DNA of 64,000 nucleotides, from the NCBI GenBank assembly GCA_041690355.1, contig JAWLHK010000004.1, positions 62,001 through 126,000 on the forward strand, given 5' to 3'. A program made the translations under genes and the position numbers. The stretch is from a bacterium. Its GTDB lineage: Bacteria > J088 > JAWLBW01. The notes beneath the pieces were generated by a model that saw only the letters and a program-made list of their open reading frames with translations, was not told the DNA's origin and searched no databases. Shown here piece after piece: positions 1 through 8,797 of this stretch. How positions within the stretch are numbered: position 1 is the first letter of the stretch; each line of letters begins with the position of its first letter.

Positions 1-294
1 CGTCACGCCGCCCGGAACGAGGATGAACGCTCCGCGCGGAGCATCGGTCCACGTTTCGCCCAGGAGAATGCTCATCGTCCCCTCGAGCACGAAGAAGATA
101 TCGTCCTCGGGATGCGCGTGCGCGCCCGGCCCCTTCGTGCGCGGTTCGAGCCACCACTCCGAGACGGAATAGCCGTCGGCCGTTTCGGCTCCATCGGCCT
201 TGAAGACCGCCTGAATGCGCCCCATGTCGTAGACGCGCCCTTCGCCGGGGCCAAGCAGCAGCGGTTTGCGGTTGGATAGCGGTTCTCCTGACAT
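1..294 (-). CDS. Cupin-domain protein (3' end runs off the window)
   Basis: Manual translation from ATG at 294: MSGEPLSNRKPLLLGPGEGRVYDMGRIQAVFKADGAETADGYSVSEWWLEPRTKGPGAHAHPEDDIFFVLEGTM...; HxH...FFVLEG cupin motif. Not in the ORF track. Confidence 0.8.
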   Translation of the reverse strand, partial: MSGEPLSNRKPLLLGPGEGRVYDMGRIQAVFKADGAETADGYSVSEWWLEPRTKGPGAHAHPEDDIFFVLEGTMSILLGETWTDAPRGAFILVPGGVT

Positions 295-331
295 TCCCTG
301 CACTCCTCTCGTGCGATATCGATCGTGCAGC

Positions 332-739
332 CTACCAGTTCGCGCTCCCCTCGACCGCACCGCCGGGACCGATGACGGCCGACGCGCGGTAACGGGGTAC
401 GCCGGGGGTGACGTAGCCGAAGCTGTGCTCGAAGCGGGCACCGTCGGCCAGGGTCCCCGCGACCCGGTAGGCGGAATCCTGCCGCACCACGAACCCGACG
501 GTGACGCTCTCGCCGTCGGCCAGCGATTCCGCTTCATACCGCGCCGCGCCGACCTCGACGGCGAGATCGGTGACGGTCTGTCCGCTCGCATTGCGCACCA
601 CGATACGATGGCTGTCGTCGGCCAGCACCGCAAGACCGTAGCCGGCGGCGACGCCGAGCGCAAGCAGCAGCAGCCTGCGCAGCACGGCGAATCCCCGCGA
701 CCGGCTCCGCACTTCGGCCCCGCGCACGCCTGAACTCAC
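332..739 (-). CDS. Hypothetical membrane-anchored/exported protein
   Basis: 135-aa ORF with an N-terminal hydrophobic segment; start overlaps the upstream GH105 stop. Confidence 0.65.
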   Translation of the reverse strand: MSSGVRGAEVRSRSRGFAVLRRLLLLALGVAAGYGLAVLADDSHRIVVRNASGQTVTDLAVEVGAARYEAESLADGESVTVGFVVRQDSAYRVAGTLADGARFEHSFGYVTPGVPRYRASAVIGPGGAVEGSANW

Positions 740-1911
740 CGCGCCGTCAGCAGCAGGAGCACCGCGCCGACGCCGTAGTGGATGTCGTCGTCGACGGGGA
801 GGCCGGCGTAGTAGTCCAGTCCGCCCGGCTGGGTGGGGCCCGAGGTGCCCGTGACCGTCGCCTTGCCGTCCTTCGTCACGATGCGGGCGCGCACGCCTTC
901 GAGCGCCTTGCCGTGGGCCGCCGCGGCGATCCCCGCATCCACCAGGCCGAGTTCGGCGCCGCGCCGGATCGCGTCCGCAAACAACGCCGTGGCCGAGGTT
1001 TCCAGATAGCCTTTATCCGGATGGTTCACGACCGTCCACCATTCCCCGGTCGGATCCTGCGTCGCGAGTACGCCGTCGAGAATCTGTTTTTCCACGGCGG
1101 CGACTGCGTAGTATCGCGGATGATCCTTCGGGAGGATCGAGAGAAAGCGCGAGAGGATGTTGGCGACCCAGCCGTTACCGCGGCCCCAGAAGACCGGCGA
1201 GGCGGGCCACGGCGACTCCTGCACGAGCGCATGGCGGAACAGGCCGGTCGATTCGTCCTGAAGCTCGGCGGCGAAGATCAGAATCTGATCCGCATACAGG
1301 TCCCAGTCGGGCGCGTGATCGTAGAGCTCGCCGCGCGCCATGAGAAAGCTGCCGAACATGAAGAGAGAATCAATCCACAGCTGCGGAGCTTCGGGCTGCA
1401 ACAGGCCGAGATGGCCGATGCCGCCCGCCTCGGTGCGCGGCGCGGTGTGCAGATAGGCCCACGTGCGGTGGATCGTTTCGAGCAATTCCCCGTCGCAGGA
1501 CCAGCGGGCCAGCCGGGCCGCCGCCGAAGCGGGGGCCACCGTGTCGCTCCAGATCATGGGGAACGAGCCGGCATGATGTTTCTGCCACGCTTCCACATAC
1601 TGGCGGTACTTCATGTCGCCGGTCGCCTCGTACAGGTCGAGCATGCCGTAGGAGAGTACGGCCGGACCCCAGTCCCAGTGCATCGTTTCGGGCGGATGCC
1701 GCTCGATCCACGCATCGGCCACTTCGCGGGCGAGCGCTTCTTCGGCGAAGGCGCGCGGCGCCGGCGGATTTCCCGGAACGCACGCAGGCGGCTCACTGAT
1801 CCGCGAGTCGAGGGGAACGGTAGCGGCCGGTTCCGTTCCGCACGCGAGGAGGAACGCCAGTCCCGCGAGGGGGAAGCGCTTCGCGGCTTTGGCCGATGTC
1901 ACAGCTTTCAT
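736..1911 (-). CDS. Glycoside hydrolase family 88/105 (unsaturated glycuronyl hydrolase), lipoprotein
   Basis: Start MKAVTSAK at 1911; lipobox FLLAC; motifs WDWG, QLWIDSLFM, FWGRGNGW, YLETSATA, YGVGAVL. Confidence 0.85.
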   Translation of the reverse strand: MKAVTSAKAAKRFPLAGLAFLLACGTEPAATVPLDSRISEPPACVPGNPPAPRAFAEEALAREVADAWIERHPPETMHWDWGPAVLSYGMLDLYEATGDMKYRQYVEAWQKHHAGSFPMIWSDTVAPASAAARLARWSCDGELLETIHRTWAYLHTAPRTEAGGIGHLGLLQPEAPQLWIDSLFMFGSFLMARGELYDHAPDWDLYADQILIFAAELQDESTGLFRHALVQESPWPASPVFWGRGNGWVANILSRFLSILPKDHPRYYAVAAVEKQILDGVLATQDPTGEWWTVVNHPDKGYLETSATALFADAIRRGAELGLVDAGIAAAAHGKALEGVRARIVTKDGKATVTGTSGPTQPGGLDYYAGLPVDDDIHYGVGAVLLLLTAR

Positions 1912-4145
1912 GGTTTCACCTGAATCGGCGCTTTGTCGCCGTCGAGGATTGTCGTCGACCCGACCCGCAGCTGCGAACCGTCGGCGACAAGCCCGAAGGA
2001 GCCATCGACGGCGGCGATGGCGACCTGTGCGTCGGTCGTGACCAACGGACCGCCGGGGATCTGCAGGGTTCCGGGCGCGCCCGCTTCCCGCAGCCAGACG
2101 ACGTCTTCGCCCCACGCTCCCTTCACGAGCCAGGCCGCCCCTTTCACGGCCGAAAGCGAAGTCACGGTCAAGCGGCCGTCGGGAGAACCGGCAGCGGCGT
2201 CCGTGCGGTACGGCGCGAGAACAGCGAGAAAATCCGGTGCGACGGCATGCACGGTGGCATCCACGACGGCGTGATCGGCCGCGTAGATTTCCTGCTCGAG
2301 CAGTTGGTGCACGTGGGGCGCCTTCAGGGGAACATACGGCGGTTCCACGAAGATCGGCGCGCCGACCGTCGAGGTCACGGCCGCGTCGAGGCTCCCCTTC
2401 TCGCGGAAGATCTGCACGGTCTGGCCGGTCACGGCAAAGGCGCCGCCGACGTCGAAGCCGGCCCACAGGTGCGACCGCCACTGGAAGTCGCGCGCCGAAG
2501 CGACCTCGCTGGCGATGCGGTCGGCCACGACGAAGTAGCGCTCGCGCACGAAGGCGACGCCGCGGCGCACCGTGATCCCCTCGTACTGCATGCGCGCCTC
2601 GCCCCAGGCGATGCGCTCGCCATCGATGAGGTTCTCGAGGAAGGCATCCGTGTCGCCCCAGCTGTTCAGCAGGCCGCGGATGGGGCCGCCCTTGCCGTCG
2701 ACGAGCACGACGTTGTGCGAGGGGTGATTCATGGTCACCGGATTGTCGAGCGGATTCGGCTTGTAGTAGCCGGTGTCGATGAGCAGCGGTTCTCCGTAGC
2801 CGTACAGCGCGAACGCCGTCCCGTCGGCATGATTGTGAATGGAACGGCGGGCGGCGCCATGATCGCCGACAAGCATGAACCAGAGATCGTCCGCTTCCCA
2901 GCCGGAGCGGAAGACGGCCTGTCCCGTGTCGGGAAAGAAACGGTTCTTCCACGCCGGCGGCTGCGCGGCGACCGTATCGTCCACGTAGGCGAGGTACCAG
3001 GGCGCCAGGTAGAAGAAGCTGTGCATCTCCATCGGACGCTCTTCGCCGGTGAGCCAGTCCCAGAGCAGATACCCCTCGCCGCCGAAGCCTGTGAGCAGCA
3101 CCGAGGCGACGTGCGAGACCGTCTTGGAATCGTTGACGTGCGCGCGCAGACCCGAGGGGAGGCGCACGGCGGTCAGCCACTCGGCGGTCTTGCGCAGCAG
3201 CGGGGAGTGAAGCGGATTTTCAAAGACGAACGGTTCCCCCTCGACGCACACCTGGTCATCCCACGGCGGCAGCGGGTTGCGGCTCTTGCAGATCCGCTCA
3301 TAAAGGCGCTGCGGAGACTGCGTGTTGTCGACGGCGATGAGGAATGGAAGGGCAGGCCCAAGCGCAAACTGGCCATAGAACGGACCCTCGCTGATCCCCC
3401 CGTCGGCCTGCACGTACTTGCCGTCGGGTCCGAGCAGATCGGCGATGTCGCTCACGGCCCAGTTCAGCCAGCGATCCGCGTCGTAATGGTGCGGAAAAGC
3501 AAGCGCCACGTACCCGAAGGCGGCCAGCGTGCGGATGGGATGGTTGTTGCGCGTGACGACGAGGCCGATGATGCGGAAGAAGGGGTTATCCAGAAAGCGG
3601 GTGGAAAACTGATCGGTGACCTCGAGAATGCGCCGTTCAGCTTCGGCCGACTCCTCGGGCGTGAACCACGGCGTGGCCGAAAGCAGGTCCCAGGCGTTCA
3701 CGTAGGAAATCAGCACGCGCGGCATGCCGATGTTGATGTCGAGATGCTCGTTCGAGTCCCAGTCAGTGTCCAACGTGAGCAGCAGCGTCTTCGCCTTTTC
3801 GGCGGCGGCCTTGTCGTCGAAGACCCACGCGAGCACGGCGTTGGCCTGCGCGATGTGCGCGTTCTCGCTCCACACGCCGACGTCCCAGACCTCGAGCGGC
3901 TCCCGCGGTTCTGCCGCCGCCTTGGTGCGAAGTTCCGTCAGCATGGTCGCATACGGTTCCCGGCCGACCCGCGCGCGGATGATCTCCTTGTGCTCGGGAC
4001 GGTACATCAGATGCGGGTGCACGACCGCTTCGCGCGCCGCAGGCTTCTCTGGCAGCTCGTCACAGGCAGAGGTGGACAGGGTAAGGGCCGCGCCCAACAG
4101 CAGCGCGCGGAAGGAGAAATGCCGGGGAAGGCGGAAGCGAATCAT
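1908..4145 (-). CDS. Heparinase II/III-like polysaccharide lyase, lipoprotein
   Basis: Start MIRFRLP at 4145; lipobox-like STSAC; NNH, DGGISEGPFY, FRSGW, HNHAD, LLIDTG, SHNVVLVDG motifs. Confidence 0.85.
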   Translation of the reverse strand: MIRFRLPRHFSFRALLLGAALTLSTSACDELPEKPAAREAVVHPHLMYRPEHKEIIRARVGREPYATMLTELRTKAAAEPREPLEVWDVGVWSENAHIAQANAVLAWVFDDKAAAEKAKTLLLTLDTDWDSNEHLDINIGMPRVLISYVNAWDLLSATPWFTPEESAEAERRILEVTDQFSTRFLDNPFFRIIGLVVTRNNHPIRTLAAFGYVALAFPHHYDADRWLNWAVSDIADLLGPDGKYVQADGGISEGPFYGQFALGPALPFLIAVDNTQSPQRLYERICKSRNPLPPWDDQVCVEGEPFVFENPLHSPLLRKTAEWLTAVRLPSGLRAHVNDSKTVSHVASVLLTGFGGEGYLLWDWLTGEERPMEMHSFFYLAPWYLAYVDDTVAAQPPAWKNRFFPDTGQAVFRSGWEADDLWFMLVGDHGAARRSIHNHADGTAFALYGYGEPLLIDTGYYKPNPLDNPVTMNHPSHNVVLVDGKGGPIRGLLNSWGDTDAFLENLIDGERIAWGEARMQYEGITVRRGVAFVRERYFVVADRIASEVASARDFQWRSHLWAGFDVGGAFAVTGQTVQIFREKGSLDAAVTSTVGAPIFVEPPYVPLKAPHVHQLLEQEIYAADHAVVDATVHAVAPDFLAVLAPYRTDAAAGSPDGRLTVTSLSAVKGAAWLVKGAWGEDVVWLREAGAPGTLQIPGGPLVTTDAQVAIAAVDGSFGLVADGSQLRVGSTTILDGDKAPIQVKP

Positions 4146-4189
4146 CGTGCGGGGCCTCTGTGTACCGGGGGACGCGAAGGTATCGCTAT

Positions 4190-4218
4190 ATTGTGGCGAT
4201 TGCGGCACGGCTTGTCCA
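4190..4218 (-). promoter_or_regulatory. Putative sigma70-like promoter TGGACA-N17-CACAAT for the lyase operon
   Basis: Hexamers with 17-nt spacing on the - strand; a near-copy lies at 5657-5685. Confidence 0.4.
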
Positions 4219-4290
4219 AGCAGGGGGGCGGGCTGGCCGCGGGTCGTGCAAAACCGGTCACCGAGTCGGTGAAGGTTCGACGCCGGGCGT

Positions 4291-5544
4291 CTACTTAACC
4301 TTTCGTCCGAGTACCTTGCCGAGCGTTCTGCGAAGATCGAAGACCGGAACCCGTCGAAATTCCGGGAGCGCCCGCACTGTGGCCACGAAAAAAGGAATGG
4401 ACTCCGCAAGCTCGGCCTGAGCCACGCCAAACCTGCTGCCGACGGCGACCGCCAACCATAAAGGGGTCAGCCTTACAATCCACTGGTCCATGAGTTTCGT
4501 GCGTTTCCGGCGGTATTCCTCTCCGAACGTTTCGCCCAGAACGGCCAGAACGATGTCGTCGAATTCGGCAATTCGTGTCTCTCCAAGTGGCCGTCCGGCA
4601 TCCATGTCCTCTTCGATTCTCGCCGCAAACGCCGACCACTTGGCACTCTGCCGCAACGCGATCACCGCGGGCCAACTGACCAGATCGGAGATTGGCTCCT
4701 GCTTCAAATTCTCGACACGAGCGACAAGCTGTGCATGCGCCTCCCGGGTAAGGAGTCTGCGCCGGTCATCGGGGACAATTTCGTCCGGCGACTCAAACCA
4801 CGAGGGGAAACATGCGGGCTGGTGATAGGCCTCCGCTTCTATCTGTTCCATCCGCCGGTACGCATTGGCGACGTCGACCACCGCGCGTAAGTCACGCCGG
4901 CCCTCCGAAGACAGAATCGGGCTCTCCCTGAGCACTTCGTAAGCCTGACTGCGCGAAGTACAAGCGAGCAGCCTCCCCAGGAAGGCCTCCTGTTCCTGCG
5001 TGCTGATGCCAGGCAGACACTTAAGCGACGCGCTCTGGAGACCGAGCGCGCGCAGATACGCTGAAATCGGTGTTTCGTCCCGCCGTGGGAACTGTTCAAT
5101 TCCGCCTATCGACGTGAGTGCGCGCTCGTACGCGTCAAGAGCCCCTTCTCCATGTCTGTCCGCGTGCAGGCGGCGAAAGGTATCATAGCGCTCTCGCGAG
5201 GACCGAAGCGTGCGAATCCGCTGGTTATCATCCACCGTGAGGGAAGAGAATTCCATGCCCTCGTCCAGTGCACGCACGATACTGTCCTCAAGACTATCGG
5301 AGTCACCGCAGAAACGAAGAAACCGGTGCTCCTGAAGAGCATCCATGAAGCTCCTATCCGCAGCAGCCTGGATGACGAACGCTTGCAGGCCGGCATGGTC
5401 AACCAGTTGATCGCGGGAAACCGCGATTTCGCCCGCCGCCATGGCCGCCACCGACAGGAGGTCCTGGACCGTATCGGCCCTGGTAAACGCTTCTGCCTCG
5501 CGGCGTTGGTGCACCGTATCGAGTCCGTCGATCCAGACACGCAT
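4291..5544 (-). CDS. Hypothetical protein, no family recognised
   Basis: Likely start MRVWIDGLD at 5544; lower GC than the flanks. Confidence 0.65.
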   Translation of the reverse strand: MRVWIDGLDTVHQRREAEAFTRADTVQDLLSVAAMAAGEIAVSRDQLVDHAGLQAFVIQAAADRSFMDALQEHRFLRFCGDSDSLEDSIVRALDEGMEFSSLTVDDNQRIRTLRSSRERYDTFRRLHADRHGEGALDAYERALTSIGGIEQFPRRDETPISAYLRALGLQSASLKCLPGISTQEQEAFLGRLLACTSRSQAYEVLRESPILSSEGRRDLRAVVDVANAYRRMEQIEAEAYHQPACFPSWFESPDEIVPDDRRRLLTREAHAQLVARVENLKQEPISDLVSWPAVIALRQSAKWSAFAARIEEDMDAGRPLGETRIAEFDDIVLAVLGETFGEEYRRKRTKLMDQWIVRLTPLWLAVAVGSRFGVAQAELAESIPFFVATVRALPEFRRVPVFDLRRTLGKVLGRKVK

Positions 5545-5656
5545 CACGTACTCCCATCGCACCGGCTCATTGGCCGTGCCGTTGAAGACCGTTCTTTCGC
5601 AATGCCGTTCATCGTGCGGGGCCTCTGGGAGCGGGAACGCGCAAGGATACCCCTGT

Positions 5657-5685
5657 ATTGTGGCGACTGTGAGCGGTCTTGTCAC
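5657..5685 (-). promoter_or_regulatory. Putative promoter GTGACA-N17-CACAAT, similar to 4190-4218
   Basis: 5656-5683 matches 4189-4216 at 21/28 positions. Confidence 0.4.
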
Positions 5686-5688
5686 GCT

Positions 5689-6207
5689 TTGTCGCTGGCA
5701 AGCGATCTGGGCGGTTTCGCCTTGCTTCCGCTGGCGGCAGGTCTGCTGACGCTGCAGAGCGATCGGCCGGGAGGAACGCTGCTCATCGTGGGCGAGAGCG
5801 TGGTCACGACCGCGCTGCTGAACCAGGCCGTCAAGTTCGGCGTCGGCCGCTCGCGCCCCTACGCGCGGAACGGAAACGATGCCGGCGTGGATCCGAAGAA
5901 GGGGGACGATCACCTCTCGTTCTTCTCGGGGCATACGGCGGTGAGCTTCAGCCTGGCGACCGCGACCTGGGGCTGGATGCACGCAGAAGGTTCCCCACAT
6001 GCGCCGTGGGCGGGAGGCGCGCTGCTCGCGGGAGCCGCCTTCGTCGGCTACTCGCGCATCGCCGCTGACCGTCACTATCTGACCGATGTGCTGACGGGCG
6101 CCGTCATCGGTTCGGCCGTGGGCTGGCTGACCGTCAAGATGCACCGGGCACCCGCGGGGGGAACGTCCGAGGTTCCCGCCGGCGTCGCGCTGACGTGGCG
6201 GCTGTAG
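5689..6207 (+). CDS. PAP2-family phosphatase, possibly N-terminally truncated
   Basis: KFGVGRSRP, SFFSGHT and SRIAADRHYLTDV PAP2 motifs; nearest plausible start is TTG at 5689 with no clear RBS. Confidence 0.7.
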   Translation: MSLASDLGGFALLPLAAGLLTLQSDRPGGTLLIVGESVVTTALLNQAVKFGVGRSRPYARNGNDAGVDPKKGDDHLSFFSGHTAVSFSLATATWGWMHAEGSPHAPWAGGALLAGAAFVGYSRIAADRHYLTDVLTGAVIGSAVGWLTVKMHRAPAGGTSEVPAGVALTWRL

Positions 6208-6230
6208 AGTTTACGGGGGGTGCGCCAATA

Positions 6231-6884
6231 TCAGGGGACGATGGCCGGCGGGGGTTCCGTCGGCCGCTCGCCGAAGTTGCGCGCATAGGCTTCGCCGATC
6301 CGCGTCACGAGGAGCAGCGCCGCCACGGCGAGGCCGACGTCGACGGCATCAGACAGCGCGTACACGATGGCGGAGCTCGCATACGCCGAAGCATCCTCCG
6401 CGGCCAGCACGAGCTTCACCGCCGCGCGCCCCACGACCGTCGAGAGGATCCAGAGCGTCCACCAGGCGCTGAGGAGCCCCGGCGACGCCGCTGGATCGCG
6501 ATGGCTCACCTGCCAGATCTCCTGCATGGCCTGATACGGCTTCACGAGGTTGGCGATGGGGACGAAGTACCACCCGACGGCCCACCCCGGCGTGAACCGC
6601 ATGGCCTGCCCCGACAGCGCGCCCAGGTTCTGGTTGCTGCGGTAGATCCAGCGCAGAAACGTGATGCCCGTGGCGAGACCAAGCAGCACCTGTACGCCGC
6701 CCACGGCGAGCGAAACGAGGTCGGCCGGAAGCATCGTCTCGTTCGGATCGAGCCCTGGGGGAAGGTTCGCGTAGGTGTGGTACTCGAACAGGCCCGCGGG
6801 GATGGCCGCCGCCGTCACCACGATGGTCGCCTGCAGGAGAAACCGGAGGGTCTGCGTCAGATCGGCATGGGATTTCAGCTGCAT
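6231..6884 (-). CDS. DUF4328-like membrane protein
   Basis: FLRWIYRSNQN...FTPGWAVGWYFVPIANLVKPYQAMQEIW signature. Confidence 0.8.
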   Translation of the reverse strand: MQLKSHADLTQTLRFLLQATIVVTAAAIPAGLFEYHTYANLPPGLDPNETMLPADLVSLAVGGVQVLLGLATGITFLRWIYRSNQNLGALSGQAMRFTPGWAVGWYFVPIANLVKPYQAMQEIWQVSHRDPAASPGLLSAWWTLWILSTVVGRAAVKLVLAAEDASAYASSAIVYALSDAVDVGLAVAALLLVTRIGEAYARNFGERPTEPPPAIVP

Positions 6885-6977
6885 GGGGATTCCTCGCCTT
6901 TCAGTCCCTCAGCATATCGTATCGCTATGCATACGGGCAAGCGGGAAGATTCGCGGGCATATAGGCGCGGCGGGCGC

Positions 6978-7379
6978 TTACTCACTTTCGGTCATTCCGG
7001 CAAAACGGAGCAGGTCCTTCCAGAAGACACCGCACAGGGGTGCGGTTACGAGTAATCGGATCCAGGTCGAGCAGAACGTATATTTCGAACCGATACCAAA
7101 GGACGTCAGGTCCAGAATACCGATAATTGCAATGCCTACCAGGAAGTCATAGGCAGAAAGTCTGAATCGCCGATCATGAGCATTGCTGAAAAGCTTCACG
7201 AAAAAGTACCCGAACGGCAGTGCGAGAAAAACATATGCAAACGGGACTTCGCACGTTGAGAAACCAGGCTTCATCAGCGCGCTCGCGACGTCCAGGACGA
7301 GTAGATATGTCCATCCAAGGATGAATGGGACCGCGATACGCCTGAATTCCCGGTCGATGATGTCGTCGGGTGAGGACAC
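6978..7379 (-). CDS. Hypothetical multi-TM membrane protein, low GC
   Basis: 133-aa ORF with about four hydrophobic segments; GTG start just after the DUF3999 stop. Confidence 0.45.
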   Translation of the reverse strand: MSSPDDIIDREFRRIAVPFILGWTYLLVLDVASALMKPGFSTCEVPFAYVFLALPFGYFFVKLFSNAHDRRFRLSAYDFLVGIAIIGILDLTSFGIGSKYTFCSTWIRLLVTAPLCGVFWKDLLRFAGMTESE

Positions 7380-7387
7380 AGCTTAGT

Positions 7388-8797
7388 TTAACTGGCCTTC
7401 TCCGATTCCTGCAGTTCCCCGTACAGCCGCCAGGCCATCCAGGCGACGGCGAGAACGATGAGGATCAGGAGCGACCAGAGGGCGGCCTGTTTCCAGAGCG
7501 GAACCGCGGGCCTCGGGCGCAGCAGGTCTTCGCCGCCGAGCACCATGGCCGATTTCAACTCGGCGCGCCCGGGCGCAGGCGCCCTCTCGATCCCCCTTTC
7601 GCGCAACATCCGCTCGAAGTGCTCGAGGCCGCCGGGGCGGCGATCGATGTCGGCGCGCCCGTAGGCGAGCGTGAACGGCCCCGTGCCGCGCGGCAGAAAG
7701 ATCATGCGGTGAGGCACCCAGCCGAACGCGACCGGCGGAAGCGCGGCGCCCCCCGACTCGATGCGGATGCGCCAGTGGCGGTGCGGCACGGCCGGAAACG
7801 TGACGGTGTCTTCCTCGAGCCCGCCGGGGGCGAAGCGGGCGCGATACACCGTGCCGCGGGCCCGCGCCTGCCACGACGTCTCCGGGTCTGCACGGGACTC
7901 GACGACGAGGCGAAGGAGCATGTTCTCCTCCAGCGCCACACGGACCCGGTCGATCGGATACGAGCCGTCGAACGCGAACTCGAAGCTGCGTTCGGCCTCG
8001 CCGGCCCGGGCGGGAGCCGTGAGCCACCGCGGCTCGGCGCGGCTGCGGGCGTGGCTGCGGCCGATCACCTCGCGCACGGTGATGCGGGGCGACCCCGGGT
8101 CGAGCACCCGCAGGCGAAGATAGCGCACGCCGAGCCCGTGCAGCGGGACGGAGTCGCGGATCAGCGCTTCGCCCTGAAAGGAAAGGCGCGCCAGGTTCCA
8201 CACCGGATGCACCGTGCGCCAGGACTGCAGATCGGGGCTGCTCTCGACGGCCACCCGAAGCAGCGCCTCGGCCGCACTCGTCGCCGATGCGGGCGCGGTC
8301 CAGTCGAGCCGGATCTCGGAGACCGGCGCATGCGTTTCGCCCAGATCGACGAGCAGGCTCTGCCCTTGGGAAACGGGTTCCTGTCCGGGCGACCCACCCG
8401 GCGGTTCGGCGCCGATATAGCGGAATGAGACCGCGCCCCCCGCCGCCCGCAGCTCGACCAATGCCGAGTCGCCGCTCGCGGAACCGCCGAGGATCGGATA
8501 CTGACGGAAGGCGACCGTGACGTCGGTCGTCACGTCGGCCCACGGCTTGTGCTCGAGCCTGAAGGGGAGCAGTTCGCCGACGGCGTTGAAAACCGCGACG
8601 TCGCGCAGATCGGGCCAGACCACGGCGCGGTAGACCTCGGGCGGAATGTCGGCCCCCCAGGTGGCGTACGTGCCGGGGGCGCCCATGCCGACGCCGTACG
8701 CGAAGTCATCGGGACCCAGGCCCCCCGTGTCGGCGCGGGCGGCGGGGGGAGCCAGGAGCGGAAGCAGAAGGAGAATCCATGCGGGAAGACGCATCAC
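7388..8797 (-). CDS. DUF3999-family protein
   Basis: Signal peptide, DLRDVAVFNAVGELLPF, GPFTLAYG, C-terminal TM (ALWSLLILIVLAVAWMAWRL); follows a DUF2339 gene. Confidence 0.8.
   Translation of the reverse strand: MMRLPAWILLLLPLLAPPAARADTGGLGPDDFAYGVGMGAPGTYATWGADIPPEVYRAVVWPDLRDVAVFNAVGELLPFRLEHKPWADVTTDVTVAFRQYPILGGSASGDSALVELRAAGGAVSFRYIGAEPPGGSPGQEPVSQGQSLLVDLGETHAPVSEIRLDWTAPASATSAAEALLRVAVESSPDLQSWRTVHPVWNLARLSFQGEALIRDSVPLHGLGVRYLRLRVLDPGSPRITVREVIGRSHARSRAEPRWLTAPARAGEAERSFEFAFDGSYPIDRVRVALEENMLLRLVVESRADPETSWQARARGTVYRARFAPGGLEEDTVTFPAVPHRHWRIRIESGGAALPPVAFGWVPHRMIFLPRGTGPFTLAYGRADIDRRPGGLEHFERMLRERGIERAPAPGRAELKSAMVLGGEDLLRPRPAVPLWKQAALWSLLILIVLAVAWMAWRLYGELQESEKAS

Noticed and set aside
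1912-3180. Apparent N-terminal extension of the GH105 ORF
   Set aside because: It overlaps the lyase gene; the lipoprotein signal starts at 1911.
1896-4298. 800-aa + strand ORF and similar long antisense ORFs (8779-11700, 53000-55960, 60330-62288)
   Set aside because: Shadow frames of GC-rich genes on the opposite strand; no recognisable motifs.
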